Assembly: GCA_963734495.1 (NCBI GenBank)
Contig: CAVTHK010000009.1
Coordinates: 96,001-160,000, forward strand
Direction of reading: 5' to 3'
DNA length: 64,000 nucleotides
Origin: an uncultured Spirochaetota bacterium
Lineage (GTDB): Bacteria; Spirochaetota; Spirochaetia; SZUA-6; CAVTHK01
How positions within the stretch are numbered: the stretch's first letter is position 1; each line of letters begins with the position of its first letter. Below the pieces are notes generated by a model. It ran no database searches. It was not told the origin of the DNA and was given only the letters and a program-made list of their open reading frames with translations. Positions 41,553 through 50,290 of the stretch are shown here, one piece after another. The translations under genes were made by a program, and so were the position numbers.

Positions 41553-42158
41553 ATGAGCTGGTGGGATGCCGCCTACCGCAGCGGCGAAGTGCCCTGGGAC
41601 CCGGGCCCCTTCGACGGTCACCTTCCCGGACTCCTCGCGGACCTCGAGCTGCGGCCGTGCGCTGCGCTGGACATCGGCTGCGGCGAGGGCAAGAGCCTCG
41701 TATGGCTCGCCCGCCGGGGCTTTGCGTGCACGGGGATCGATCTCTCCCCCGCGGCGCTCGAGCTCGCCGAAGGGCACGCCCGCGCCGCCGGCGTGGGCTG
41801 CCGCTGGCTGCGCGGCCGTTTCCCTCAGGACTTCCCCCCGGCGGCTCTGCCGCGATCGTCCTTCGGCTTCATCATGGAGCGCGGCTGCCTGCAGCACCTC
41901 AGGCACGACGGCCGCGAGCGCCGCGCGTTCCTGGAGACGGCCGCCGCGCTGCTCGCGCCCGGCGGCTGGTTCTACAGTCTCGTCACGAGCAGCAACCGCC
42001 GCGCCCCCCACGTCGGCCCGCCGCAGTGGTCGGCGAGCGACCTCGTCGAGGCCGTGGAGCCCTTCTTCGAGCTCCGTCTTCTCCGGGAGTCCGTCTTTAC
42101 GGCGGGTGAGGAGGGTTCCGTCCCGGCGTGGCTGACGCTCATGCAGGCGCGCTCGTGA
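41553..42158 (+). CDS. Class I SAM-dependent methyltransferase (TPMT-like)
   Basis: WDAAY..PWD, ALDIGCGEG, GIDLSP, ERGCLQH, LAPGG. Confidence 0.85.
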   Translation: MSWWDAAYRSGEVPWDPGPFDGHLPGLLADLELRPCAALDIGCGEGKSLVWLARRGFACTGIDLSPAALELAEGHARAAGVGCRWLRGRFPQDFPPAALPRSSFGFIMERGCLQHLRHDGRERRAFLETAAALLAPGGWFYSLVTSSNRRAPHVGPPQWSASDLVEAVEPFFELRLLRESVFTAGEEGSVPAWLTLMQARS

Positions 42159-42232
42159 CGATCGCGGGATCGGCTCGCCCCATCGCGCCGCGCCGACTTG
42201 CGCGGCCGCTCAGCGGGGCGTAGAGTCGTCGC

Positions 42233-42976
42233 ATGAGGGAAGTGCTCTACTGCGGCGATGCCACGCTCGCGACAGGCGCCTGCTACCTGGGCGGCGTGAT
42301 GGCGTACGCGGGGATCGAGTTCGACTACGTGCCGATGGGCGAGCGTTTTCCCGAGGACCTCCTCGAGCAGGATCACGCGCTCTACCTCCTGAGCGACTAC
42401 CCGAGCGACCGCTTCCGGGGCCACGCGCTGCGCAAGATCGCATCGCGGGTCGAGAAGGGCGCCTCGCTGCTCATGGTCGGGGGCTGGGAGTCGTTTCACG
42501 GACTGCTGGGCAACTACGACTCCTCCGAGATCGCGCCTGCGCTCCCCGTCGAGTGCCTCGCCGAGGACGACCGGCTGAACTGGTGTCACGGGCTGATCCC
42601 CGAGGTGACGACGCGGCACCCGACCGTGCAGGGGCTGCCGTGGGAGGAGCCGCCGATGGTCTGCGGCTGCAACCGCGTGAAGGCGAAGAAGGGCTCGACC
42701 GTCGTGCTGTCGCTGCGGAAGCTGCGCATCGAGGGCAGCTCCCTCTCCCGCGACCCAGAGCCGCTTCCTCTGCTCGTGGTCGGGTCTCACAGCGGCGGAA
42801 GGACCGCGGCGTTCACGACCGACTTCGCCCCGCACTGGGTCGGTGGGCTCGTGGACTGGGGCCCCGATCGCATCACGGCCCAGGCGCCCGGCGGCCGGCC
42901 GGTGGAGGTCGGCAGCCTTTACGTCGCGTTCATCACGAGCCTGCTGTCCTGGCTGCTGCGCCGGGGCGGCGCCTAG
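42233..42976 (+). CDS. Glutamine amidotransferase-like (DUF1355-type) protein
   Basis: LLSDYP, LLMVGGWESF, ALPV, PLLVVG..GRTAAFTTDFAPHW. Confidence 0.75.
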   Translation: MREVLYCGDATLATGACYLGGVMAYAGIEFDYVPMGERFPEDLLEQDHALYLLSDYPSDRFRGHALRKIASRVEKGASLLMVGGWESFHGLLGNYDSSEIAPALPVECLAEDDRLNWCHGLIPEVTTRHPTVQGLPWEEPPMVCGCNRVKAKKGSTVVLSLRKLRIEGSSLSRDPEPLPLLVVGSHSGGRTAAFTTDFAPHWVGGLVDWGPDRITAQAPGGRPVEVGSLYVAFITSLLSWLLRRGGA

Positions 42977-43048
42977 GGCGGGCGCGGTCCGCCGCGCCCA
43001 GACCCACCGAAGCAGCACGGACCGCGGGCTGCCCAGGGTCCGACAGGC

Positions 43049-44002
43049 CTAGGCGTCGCCTCCCGAAAGCCGTCGCGGCACGACCCCGATCGCGCCGCGG
43101 CCCGCCCTCGGCGGGTGATAGTGCACGTAGACCATCCTGATCTCTGGCATGGTCTCGTAGATCCTCTCTTCGATCCGCGTGCAGATCTCGTCGCCTTCCC
43201 TGATCGAGAGGGCGCCGTCGAGCCCGATCGTGAGGTTCACGACGATGTGCGGGCCGAAGCGGTGCGCGTGGACCTCCTCGATCTGGCGGATCGCGGCGAT
43301 GTCCGCCAGGTTGGCGCGGATCTCCCGGGCGAGGCTCTGGCTGGGCACGGCGTCCATGAGCTCGGTCGCCGAATTGCGCAGGATCCTCATGCCGGTGCGG
43401 AAGATGAGCAGGCCGACGATCGCGCCCGCCAGCGGGTCGACCCACGAGTAGCCGAGCCTGGCCAGAATGATGCCGACTGCGACCGCTCCCGAGGCGGCGA
43501 CGTCGCTCGCGTGGTCGTCGCTGAGGGCCACGAGAACCGAGTTGCCTCCCGAGCGGCCCTTCGCCCGCGTCCACAACGCCAGGAAGATCTTGATCCCGAC
43601 TGTCGCAAGCGCCACCCAGAGCGCCACAACTCCGATCTCGTGCGGCGCTTCCGCGCCCGTCACCATCTGGAACACCGTGGCCGCGTCGTCCCAGAGGATC
43701 GCGACGGCGGTGGTCAGGACGAAAGCCCCCACCACCAGCGACGCGATCGATTCCATCTGAGTGTGGCCGTAGGGGTGCTCCTGGTCGGCCGGCTTGGCCG
43801 CGGTGCGCACGAGCGCCGCCACCACGAGGTAGTAGACGACGTCCGAGGTCGAGTTGATGGCGTCGGAGATGAGGGCCGAGCTCCGGCCGACGATGCCCGC
43901 AAACAGCTTGGCCACCGCGAGCACGATGTTGGCCGCCAATCCCACCGCGACCGCGGTCTGGTTGTCGCGCTTGCGCTTTGCGAGTTCCTCCCGGCTCACC
44001 AT
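43049..44002 (-). CDS. Cation diffusion facilitator transporter
   Basis: SSALISDAINS.SD, HPYGH, DHASD, C-terminal dimerisation domain ending VHYHP. Confidence 0.9.
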   Translation of the reverse strand: MVSREELAKRKRDNQTAVAVGLAANIVLAVAKLFAGIVGRSSALISDAINSTSDVVYYLVVAALVRTAAKPADQEHPYGHTQMESIASLVVGAFVLTTAVAILWDDAATVFQMVTGAEAPHEIGVVALWVALATVGIKIFLALWTRAKGRSGGNSVLVALSDDHASDVAASGAVAVGIILARLGYSWVDPLAGAIVGLLIFRTGMRILRNSATELMDAVPSQSLAREIRANLADIAAIRQIEEVHAHRFGPHIVVNLTIGLDGALSIREGDEICTRIEERIYETMPEIRMVYVHYHPPRAGRGAIGVVPRRLSGGDA

Positions 44003-44078
44003 GACCCGACAGATTATCCCATCCCGTGTCCCACGGCAACGGGGGGAAGCCCCGGGGGGAAGCCCCGGAGCCGATCGG

Positions 44079-44105
44079 TCAAGCGCCCGGGTCGCCGACC
44101 GATAA
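44079..44105 (+). promoter_or_regulatory. sigma28 (FliA)-type promoter of the flg operon
   Basis: TCAA-N15-ACCGATAA versus consensus TAAA-N15-GCCGATAA. Confidence 0.7.
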
Positions 44106-44184
44106 TCTAAAAGGATCACCCGCGCTTCGCGGGCTCCGTCACCGGGGCCACGCGGGCGCGAGCATCGGGTCCGAGGAGGCATTC

Positions 44185-45033
44185 TTGATCCGTGGTCTGT
44201 ACACCGGCGCGAGCGGGATGGTCGCGCAGATGCACCGGCTCGACGCCATCGCGAACAACCTCGCCAACGTCGACCTCGTCGGCTACAAAGAGGACATCCC
44301 GGTCCTCAAATCGTTTCCGGAGATCCTGCTGCGCCGCATGGACGACGACGGCGTGGTCAAGCTCGGCTTCGCGTCCATCGATAGGGCGCCGGTAGTCGGC
44401 AGGCTCGGGACCGGGGTCGAGGAGAACGAGGTCTTCACGGACTTCGCCCAGGGCTCCGTCCAGCGGACGGAGAATCCGTTCGACTTCGCCCTCGAAGGAA
44501 AGGGCTTCCTCACCGTGAGCAAAGACGGCGAGGAGCGCTACACGCGCAACGGGAGCTTCCTCATCAACGACCAGAGCTACCTCGTCAACAAGGAAGGCGA
44601 TTTCGTCCTCGGCGAGAAGGGCCCGATCCGCCTCAAGGCGAACAACTTTACCGTGGACCAGGACGGCAACGTCTGGCAGAACAGCGACCTCGCGGCAGAC
44701 CCCCAACGGCTGGTCTCGCCGGAGGAAAACGACTGGCAGGGCATCGAGCTCGTTGACCGGCTCAAGATCGTCGACTTCGACCGCACCCGCTACCTGCAGA
44801 AGCAGGGCGACTCTCTCTGGAAGGACACCGAGGAGTCGGGGCCCGCGCGCATCGCGGCCGAAGGCCAGCGGCCCAAAGTGCTCGAGGGGTTCCTCGAGAA
44901 GTCCAACGTGAACGTCGTCACCGAGATGGTGCGGATGATCGAGGTCAACCGCACCTACGAGGCCAACCAGAAGCTCATCCAGACGCATGACGGCCTGCTC
45001 GGCACGCTGATCAACCAGGCGATGCGCCTGTAG
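44185..45033 (+). CDS. flgF: Flagellar basal-body rod protein FlgF
   Basis: RBS GAGGAGG and TTG start; GLYTGASGM, ANNLAN, YTRNGSF, LEKSNVN..EMV. Confidence 0.85.
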   Translation: MIRGLYTGASGMVAQMHRLDAIANNLANVDLVGYKEDIPVLKSFPEILLRRMDDDGVVKLGFASIDRAPVVGRLGTGVEENEVFTDFAQGSVQRTENPFDFALEGKGFLTVSKDGEERYTRNGSFLINDQSYLVNKEGDFVLGEKGPIRLKANNFTVDQDGNVWQNSDLAADPQRLVSPEENDWQGIELVDRLKIVDFDRTRYLQKQGDSLWKDTEESGPARIAAEGQRPKVLEGFLEKSNVNVVTEMVRMIEVNRTYEANQKLIQTHDGLLGTLINQAMRL

Positions 45034-45047
45034 GAGGGGGTACCGGA

Positions 45048-45842
45048 ATGATGCGATCGTTGTGGACGGCGGCTTCGGGCATGACTGCCCAGCAGTTCAA
45101 CATCGACACGATCTCGAACAACCTCGCCAACGTGAACACGTCGGGGTTCAAGCAGAACCGGGCCGATTTCGAGGACCTGCTCTACCAGACCTCGCGGATC
45201 GCCGGCACACCCGCGACCGAGGTCACCGTGGTGCCGACGGGGATCCAGGTCGGCCACGGCGTGCGCCCCGCGGCGACTCAGAAGATCTACACGCAGGGCT
45301 CGCTGCAGAACACCGAGAACATCTCGGACATCGCCATCCAGGGCGAAGGCTTCTTCCGCGTGCTGCTCTTCGACGGCACTTACGGCTACACGCGCGACGG
45401 CTCGTTCAAGATCGACTCCAACGGCCAGCTCGTGACCTCCAACGGGTACCGCGTCGCGCCCGAGATCATCTTTCCCGAAGGCTTCATCCGCGACACGGTC
45501 TCGGTCTCGCAGGACGGACGGGTCACGGTCAAGATGCCCGGCAACGACGACCCGATCGACGTCGGCCAGATCGAGATCTACCGCTTTATCAATCCGGCGG
45601 GCCTGCAGGCGATCGGCGAGAACCTGCTCAAGATCAGCAACGCCTCCGGCCCTCCGATCGCGGGCAGGCCCGGGTTCGACGGGATGGGCAAGACCATCCA
45701 CAAGTTCCTCGAGATGTCCAACGTCTCGGTGGTGCAGGAGATGGTGAACATGATCGTGGCCCAGAGGGCCTACGAGACGAACTCCAAGGCGATCCAGACC
45801 TCGGACACGATGCTCGGGATCGCGAACGGGCTCAAGCGGTAA
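45048..45842 (+). CDS. flgG: Flagellar distal rod protein FlgG
   Basis: SLWTAASGM, FEDLLYQ, GIQVGHG, YTRDGSF, AQRAYETNSK. Confidence 0.95.
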   Translation: MMRSLWTAASGMTAQQFNIDTISNNLANVNTSGFKQNRADFEDLLYQTSRIAGTPATEVTVVPTGIQVGHGVRPAATQKIYTQGSLQNTENISDIAIQGEGFFRVLLFDGTYGYTRDGSFKIDSNGQLVTSNGYRVAPEIIFPEGFIRDTVSVSQDGRVTVKMPGNDDPIDVGQIEIYRFINPAGLQAIGENLLKISNASGPPIAGRPGFDGMGKTIHKFLEMSNVSVVQEMVNMIVAQRAYETNSKAIQTSDTMLGIANGLKR

Positions 45843-45922
45843 GCGCGGGCCCGGTCGCGCCGATTCCCGCAGGGGCCGGCGTGACCGGGGCCGGGACCGG
45901 AGTGAGAGAGGTGCGTGGGACG

Positions 45923-46791
45923 GTGAAGGCGCTCCTGATCGTCATGTTTCTTTTCGCCGTGACAGCAGGGCTGCACGCTCTGGAGCTCTATCTGCGCCGC
46001 GCCGTCGTGCTGCAGAGCGGTCGGCCCGCCCTGAGGGACCTCGTGTACGTCCTGCCGGCGGACACGGGGACGGCGGGCCTCGACGCTCCGCTTCCCTTTG
46101 ACGTGAACCGGCCGACCCTCCTGCCCGCGTCGGCGGTGCGCCAGGCGCTGCTCGCGGGCGCGACCGGTCCGGTGATCGTGTCCGGGGGGCGGGTCGCGCT
46201 GGTGCCGGCCGCCCTCGCGGCGCCGAAGGAATCGATCTTCTACCGGGACCTGCTCGAGTACGTCGACGCGGCCGACACCGACCGTTCGAGCCGCATCGAG
46301 CTCGAGGTGATCGATGTCCCGCTCGCGGGCGACTACGATCCGGGGCTGCGAAAGTACTTCGAGCTGCGCGAGCTCGGTGACGTTACGGAGGTGGCGTACC
46401 CGACGCTGTCGGGGCGCCCGCGCAGCTTCCGGATGAAGATCCTTCGCGCCGACGACGACGGCGCCGGCGCGCCCGCCGCGCCGGCGCAAGCGGCAGCGAA
46501 GGGCCCGCAGGATGCCGCGCCGCGCGAGCGGCCGCGCCGCCGCCGGCCGGCCGCGCCGGCCGCGACGCGGGCCCGCAGACGCAGGCCGACGAGCGGCGCG
46601 AGCTCGCCCTGCGCAGCGGCGAGCGCATCCGCATACGGTTCGTGCGCGGCGCGGTCGCCGTGACGCTGCCGGGCCGCGCCCTGCGCTCCGGCTACTCCGG
46701 CGAAATAGTGCCGGTGCGGCCGTTCGACAGCGAGCAGAGCTACGACGCCCTGGTGACGGGAAAGCGGGAGGTGGTCGTTGAGCTGCGTTGA
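45923..46791 (+). CDS. flgA: FlgA-like P-ring assembly chaperone (frameshifted)
   Basis: Signal peptide; shifted C-terminus LRSGERIRIRFVRGAVAVTLPGRALRSGYSGEIVPV resembles the FlgA C-domain; sits between flgG and flgI. Confidence 0.65.
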
Positions 46792-47848
46792 TCGTGCGCG
46801 GCCCCGGTTGTCCGCCCTCGCGGCCCTCGCGCTGCTCCTGGCAGCCGCGGTCCCCGCTTCCGCGGCCCCCAAGGTCCGCATCAAGGACATCGCCGACGTC
46901 CTCGGGGTCCGGGAGAACCAGCTCCTCGGCGTCGGTTTGGTGACGGGCCTGGCGGGAAAGGGCGATTCGTCCGGCTCCGCCCTTCTTCAGAAGGCTCTCT
47001 CGAGCATGGTCTCGTCGTTCGGCCTGGAGATCGGCGCGGACGACGTCAAGAGCCGCAACGCCGCCGTCGTCATGGTGAGCGCGGAAGCCCCAGCCTTCGC
47101 GCGGCCGGGCGAGCGGATCGACGTCTCTGTCTCGAGCGTCGGCGACGCCCGCAGCCTCGAGGGCGGGATCCTGCTGCAGACCAACCTGCGCGCGGCGAAC
47201 GGGCAGGTGTACGCGGTCGGGCAGGGCCGCATCTCCGTCGCCGTCGGCCCGGCAGCGGTGCAGACCGTCGGGACGCTCAAGGGCGGGGCGATCGTCGAGC
47301 GCGAGATCGTCTCGACCTTCGCTCCCGGGAACACGCTGTCGTTCGTGCTGCGGCACCCGGATTTCGTGACCGCCGCCGCGGTTGCGGAGGCGATCAAGGC
47401 CGGGGTGCCGGGGATCACGGTCACCACGCGCGACGCGGCGCTCGTGGAGGTGCAGGTCCCCGAGGCGCGCCGGACCGAGGTGGTCGCGCTGATCGGCCAG
47501 ATCGAGAGCCTCGGCGTGACCCCGGACACCAAGGGCCGCGTGGTCATCGACTCCCAGTCGGGCGTGGTGATCATCGGCGAGAACGTCCGCATCAGCAAGG
47601 TCGCCGTGTCCTACAAGGACGTCGAGGTCACCGTCGGCGGCGCCGCCCCCGCTTACGCTCCCGCCTACGCATCAACCAACGCCGAAGGGCAGCCGTCGCC
47701 GAAACAGTTCGTCATCCCCGATACGACCAGCGTCGACGACTTCGTCAAGACACTGAAGGACGTCGGCGTCTCGACCGACGTTATCATTGGGATCCTCAAG
47801 GCCCTCGACCGGGCGGGCGCGCTGTACGGATCGCTGATCGTGCTTTGA
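46778..47848 (+). CDS. flgI: Flagellar P-ring protein FlgI
   Basis: RIKDIA..GVRENQL.G.GLVTGL.G.GD, GDARSLEGG.L, LKALDRAGAL. Confidence 0.95.
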   Translation: MSCVDRARPRLSALAALALLLAAAVPASAAPKVRIKDIADVLGVRENQLLGVGLVTGLAGKGDSSGSALLQKALSSMVSSFGLEIGADDVKSRNAAVVMVSAEAPAFARPGERIDVSVSSVGDARSLEGGILLQTNLRAANGQVYAVGQGRISVAVGPAAVQTVGTLKGGAIVEREIVSTFAPGNTLSFVLRHPDFVTAAAVAEAIKAGVPGITVTTRDAALVEVQVPEARRTEVVALIGQIESLGVTPDTKGRVVIDSQSGVVIIGENVRISKVAVSYKDVEVTVGGAAPAYAPAYASTNAEGQPSPKQFVIPDTTSVDDFVKTLKDVGVSTDVIIGILKALDRAGALYGSLIVL

Positions 47849-47890
47849 CCCGGCTGCGAGGCAAGCTCGCGGATCTCCCAGGAGTGCGAC

Positions 47891-48310
47891 GTGGACCCGA
47901 TCCAGATGCCGAGCATGCCTGCTCCGCAGGCGAGACAGGTTTACGAGAGCGCGCGCGTGCAGCGCGACCTGGCCGGTGCCCGCGAGGCGCTGGCGGAGCG
48001 CGGCCGCGCGAGCGCGGCCGGCCCCGGGCCGGCGCCCGCGGTCCGGCGCAGCCAGATCGACCGCGGGAGCAAGCTCTACCAGGCGGCGCAGGAGTTCGAG
48101 AGCATCTTCGTGAAGCAGATGCTCGACTCCATGCGCCAGACCGTCGAAAAGACGGGGCTGATCGAGGGCGGCATGGCCGAGGATATCTTCGAGGACATGC
48201 TCTACGACCAGTACGCCCTCAAGATGACCCGCACGGCGGGCTTCGGTCTCGCGGACCAGATCTACCTGCAGCTGAACAACAACGGCGCGGTCCCGCCTAA
48301 GGACAAGTGA
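47891..48310 (+). CDS. flgJ: FlgJ, rod-binding domain only
   Basis: LYQAAQEFESIFVKQML.SMR, EDIFEDMLYDQYA, GLADQIY.QL; no muramidase domain. Confidence 0.88.
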   Translation: MDPIQMPSMPAPQARQVYESARVQRDLAGAREALAERGRASAAGPGPAPAVRRSQIDRGSKLYQAAQEFESIFVKQMLDSMRQTVEKTGLIEGGMAEDIFEDMLYDQYALKMTRTAGFGLADQIYLQLNNNGAVPPKDK

Positions 48311-49038
48311 CGCAGGGCCCTGCTCTTCCGCGTCCGCGCGCGGTCCTCTTCGACATGGGCGGCACGATCGTCGGCGGGGAGCGCTTCGACCCGGCGGCCG
48401 GAAACGCGCGGCTGCTGCGCCACGCCGTCGATCCGCGCGGCTTCTCGGTGGACGCCGTGGGAGCCGAGGCGGCGGCCCTGAGCGCGAGGGTGCTCGCCAT
48501 GCGCGACCCCTGCCGGCTCGAGTTCCCCTGCCGCGCGTTTCAGCGCCTTCTCTACGACAGGCTGGGTGTCCGCTTCGTTCTCTCGCCCGCGGAGATGGAG
48601 CGGGAGTTCTGGCTGGGCGCCATGACCCACACGCCGGAGCCCGGGATCGAGAGGGTCCTCGCGGGCATCCGTGCCTCCGGCATCCGAACCGGCGTCGTGA
48701 GCAACACCATGTTCTCGGCTTCCGTGCTCGAGGAGGACCTGGAGCGACTCGGACTCGGGGGCTTTTTCGAGGTCGTGATCTCGAGCGCGGACTACGGCGT
48801 GCGCAAGCCGAGCCCGCTGCTCTTCGAGGCGGCGCTCGCGAGGGTGGGATGCGCCGCGCGCGAGGCGTGGTACGTAGGCGATCGACCGGAGTACGACGTC
48901 GCGGGCGCCCGGGCGGCGGGCCTGATCGCGGTCTGGTACAACCCCGCCGGCAGCGGCGCTCCCGGACAGGTGCCCGACGCAACCGTGCGGTCCTGGGACC
49001 AGTTCCTGCCGCTCCTCGATCCCGGCGCCGGCTCCTGA
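48307..49038 (+). CDS. HAD-superfamily hydrolase
   Basis: FDMGGT, VSN, GVRKP, YVGDRPEYDV.GA. Confidence 0.9.
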   Translation: MTQGPALPRPRAVLFDMGGTIVGGERFDPAAGNARLLRHAVDPRGFSVDAVGAEAAALSARVLAMRDPCRLEFPCRAFQRLLYDRLGVRFVLSPAEMEREFWLGAMTHTPEPGIERVLAGIRASGIRTGVVSNTMFSASVLEEDLERLGLGGFFEVVISSADYGVRKPSPLLFEAALARVGCAAREAWYVGDRPEYDVAGARAAGLIAVWYNPAGSGAPGQVPDATVRSWDQFLPLLDPGAGS

Positions 49039-49051
49039 GGCTCCCGGCGCG

Positions 49052-49390
49052 CTACTGCAGGCTCAGCTCCGTGCGGCCGATCTTGAGCACGTCCCCCGCC
49101 TGCATTCGGATGTACTTGCCCTCCGGCACCTGCACGCCGTTGACGAACGTGCCGTTGGTGCTCTGCAGATCGCGCACGAAGTAGTCGTCCCGTATCTTCT
49201 GCACCGCCGCGTGGTGCCGGGACACCATCACGTCGTCGAGCTGGATCGAGTTGTCCTTGTCGCGCCCGATCGTGATGACCCCGACGATCGCGATGTTCCT
49301 GCCGCCGTAAGAAAGCTGCAGGACCTCTTTCCGGGGGATCTTCTCGAGCCGCTTGCCGAGATTGCTGTTTCCGATGATCGTATCGCCCAT
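49052..49390 (-). CDS. Stand-alone FHA domain protein
   Basis: IGR, VSRHH, DLQSTNGTFVNG. Confidence 0.9.
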   Translation of the reverse strand: MGDTIIGNSNLGKRLEKIPRKEVLQLSYGGRNIAIVGVITIGRDKDNSIQLDDVMVSRHHAAVQKIRDDYFVRDLQSTNGTFVNGVQVPEGKYIRMQAGDVLKIGRTELSLQ

Positions 49391-49569
49391 GGTCGGGGTC
49401 GGTGCCGGGCGGGGTCTCGCCCCGCTCGGGCCGGCCTCCATTCTCGCACCTGACCCGCTTCTTCGCAAGTGCCATCGGAGGCAGGGGGGGCAGGAGCGGG
49501 CAAGCGTCCGGGAGCGGAGGTGAGCGCCCGGCGAGCGCCTCGCGGCCGGCTACAGCCGGCGGAATCGTC

Positions 49570-49602
49570 TTGACGATGCCGCTCCCGCTGAGGCATCGTC
49601 AA
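49570..49602. repeat. Perfect 11-bp inverted repeat between the divergent FHA and pduO-like genes
   Basis: TTGACGATGCC-N11-GGCATCGTCAA. Confidence 0.8.
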
Positions 49603-49608
49603 AGCAAG

Positions 49609-50172
49609 GTGAAGTTCGACGCAGTCACGACCGGCACCGGCGACCAGGGGGAGTCCGGCCTCTACAGCGGCGAGCGGCTGCCCAAGGACGACGAGCTGTT
49701 CGAGGTCCTCGGGACGCTCGACGAGCTCGCCTCGTGGCTGGGGCTCGTCAAGGCCTCGCTCCGCCACGGGCTCGAGTCCGGGTTCCAGGACAGCTTCCCG
49801 GTCCCGGATCATATCGAGAGGATCCAGAACGACCTGTACCGCATCGGGGCCGAGGCCGCGACTTCGCGCGGATCCCCTCTCTTCGTGACGCTCGATCCCG
49901 TGGGGCCCGCGGACCTTGAGCGGCTCGAGGGCTGGGAGAAGGCTGTGATGAAGTCGATCCCCTTGCCCAGGGGCTTCATAGTGCCGGGGGTCACCCGGCT
50001 CGGCGCCAGCATAGACATCGCCCGCGCGGTCTGCCGGAGGCTCGAGCGCCGGTTCGTCGCCTGGCTGCGGCGGGCCGCCCCCGACAGCCTGGCCGGGTCC
50101 GTGCCCCTGAAATACCTGAATCGGCTCTCCGACTACCTCTTTGTCGTCGCGCGCCGCTACGAGAAGTCGTGA
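49609..50172 (+). CDS. PduO-type cob(I)alamin adenosyltransferase
   Basis: TGTGDQGES, GTLDEL, IQNDL, ARAVCRRLER, YLNRLSDYLF. Confidence 0.9.
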   Translation: MKFDAVTTGTGDQGESGLYSGERLPKDDELFEVLGTLDELASWLGLVKASLRHGLESGFQDSFPVPDHIERIQNDLYRIGAEAATSRGSPLFVTLDPVGPADLERLEGWEKAVMKSIPLPRGFIVPGVTRLGASIDIARAVCRRLERRFVAWLRRAAPDSLAGSVPLKYLNRLSDYLFVVARRYEKS

Positions 50173-50206
50173 CGCGCCCCGAGCGGACAACGCGCCCCGA
50201 GCGGAC
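50172..50206 (+). repeat. 17-bp direct repeat (two copies) just upstream of the hcp -35 box
   Basis: ACGCGCCCCGAGCGGAC at 50172 and 50190, followed immediately by TTGACA (50207). Confidence 0.8.
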
Positions 50207-50290
50207 TTGACATCTTCCGGCAGCGCAGGTTCCATGGCGTCACCGGGTCGCGCGGCGCGGGCCGGAAACACACTTCATCGAGAGGGAACC

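Noticed and set aside
49391-49608. Cobalamin riboswitch upstream of the adenosyltransferase
   Set aside because: No recognisable B12-box or core motifs.
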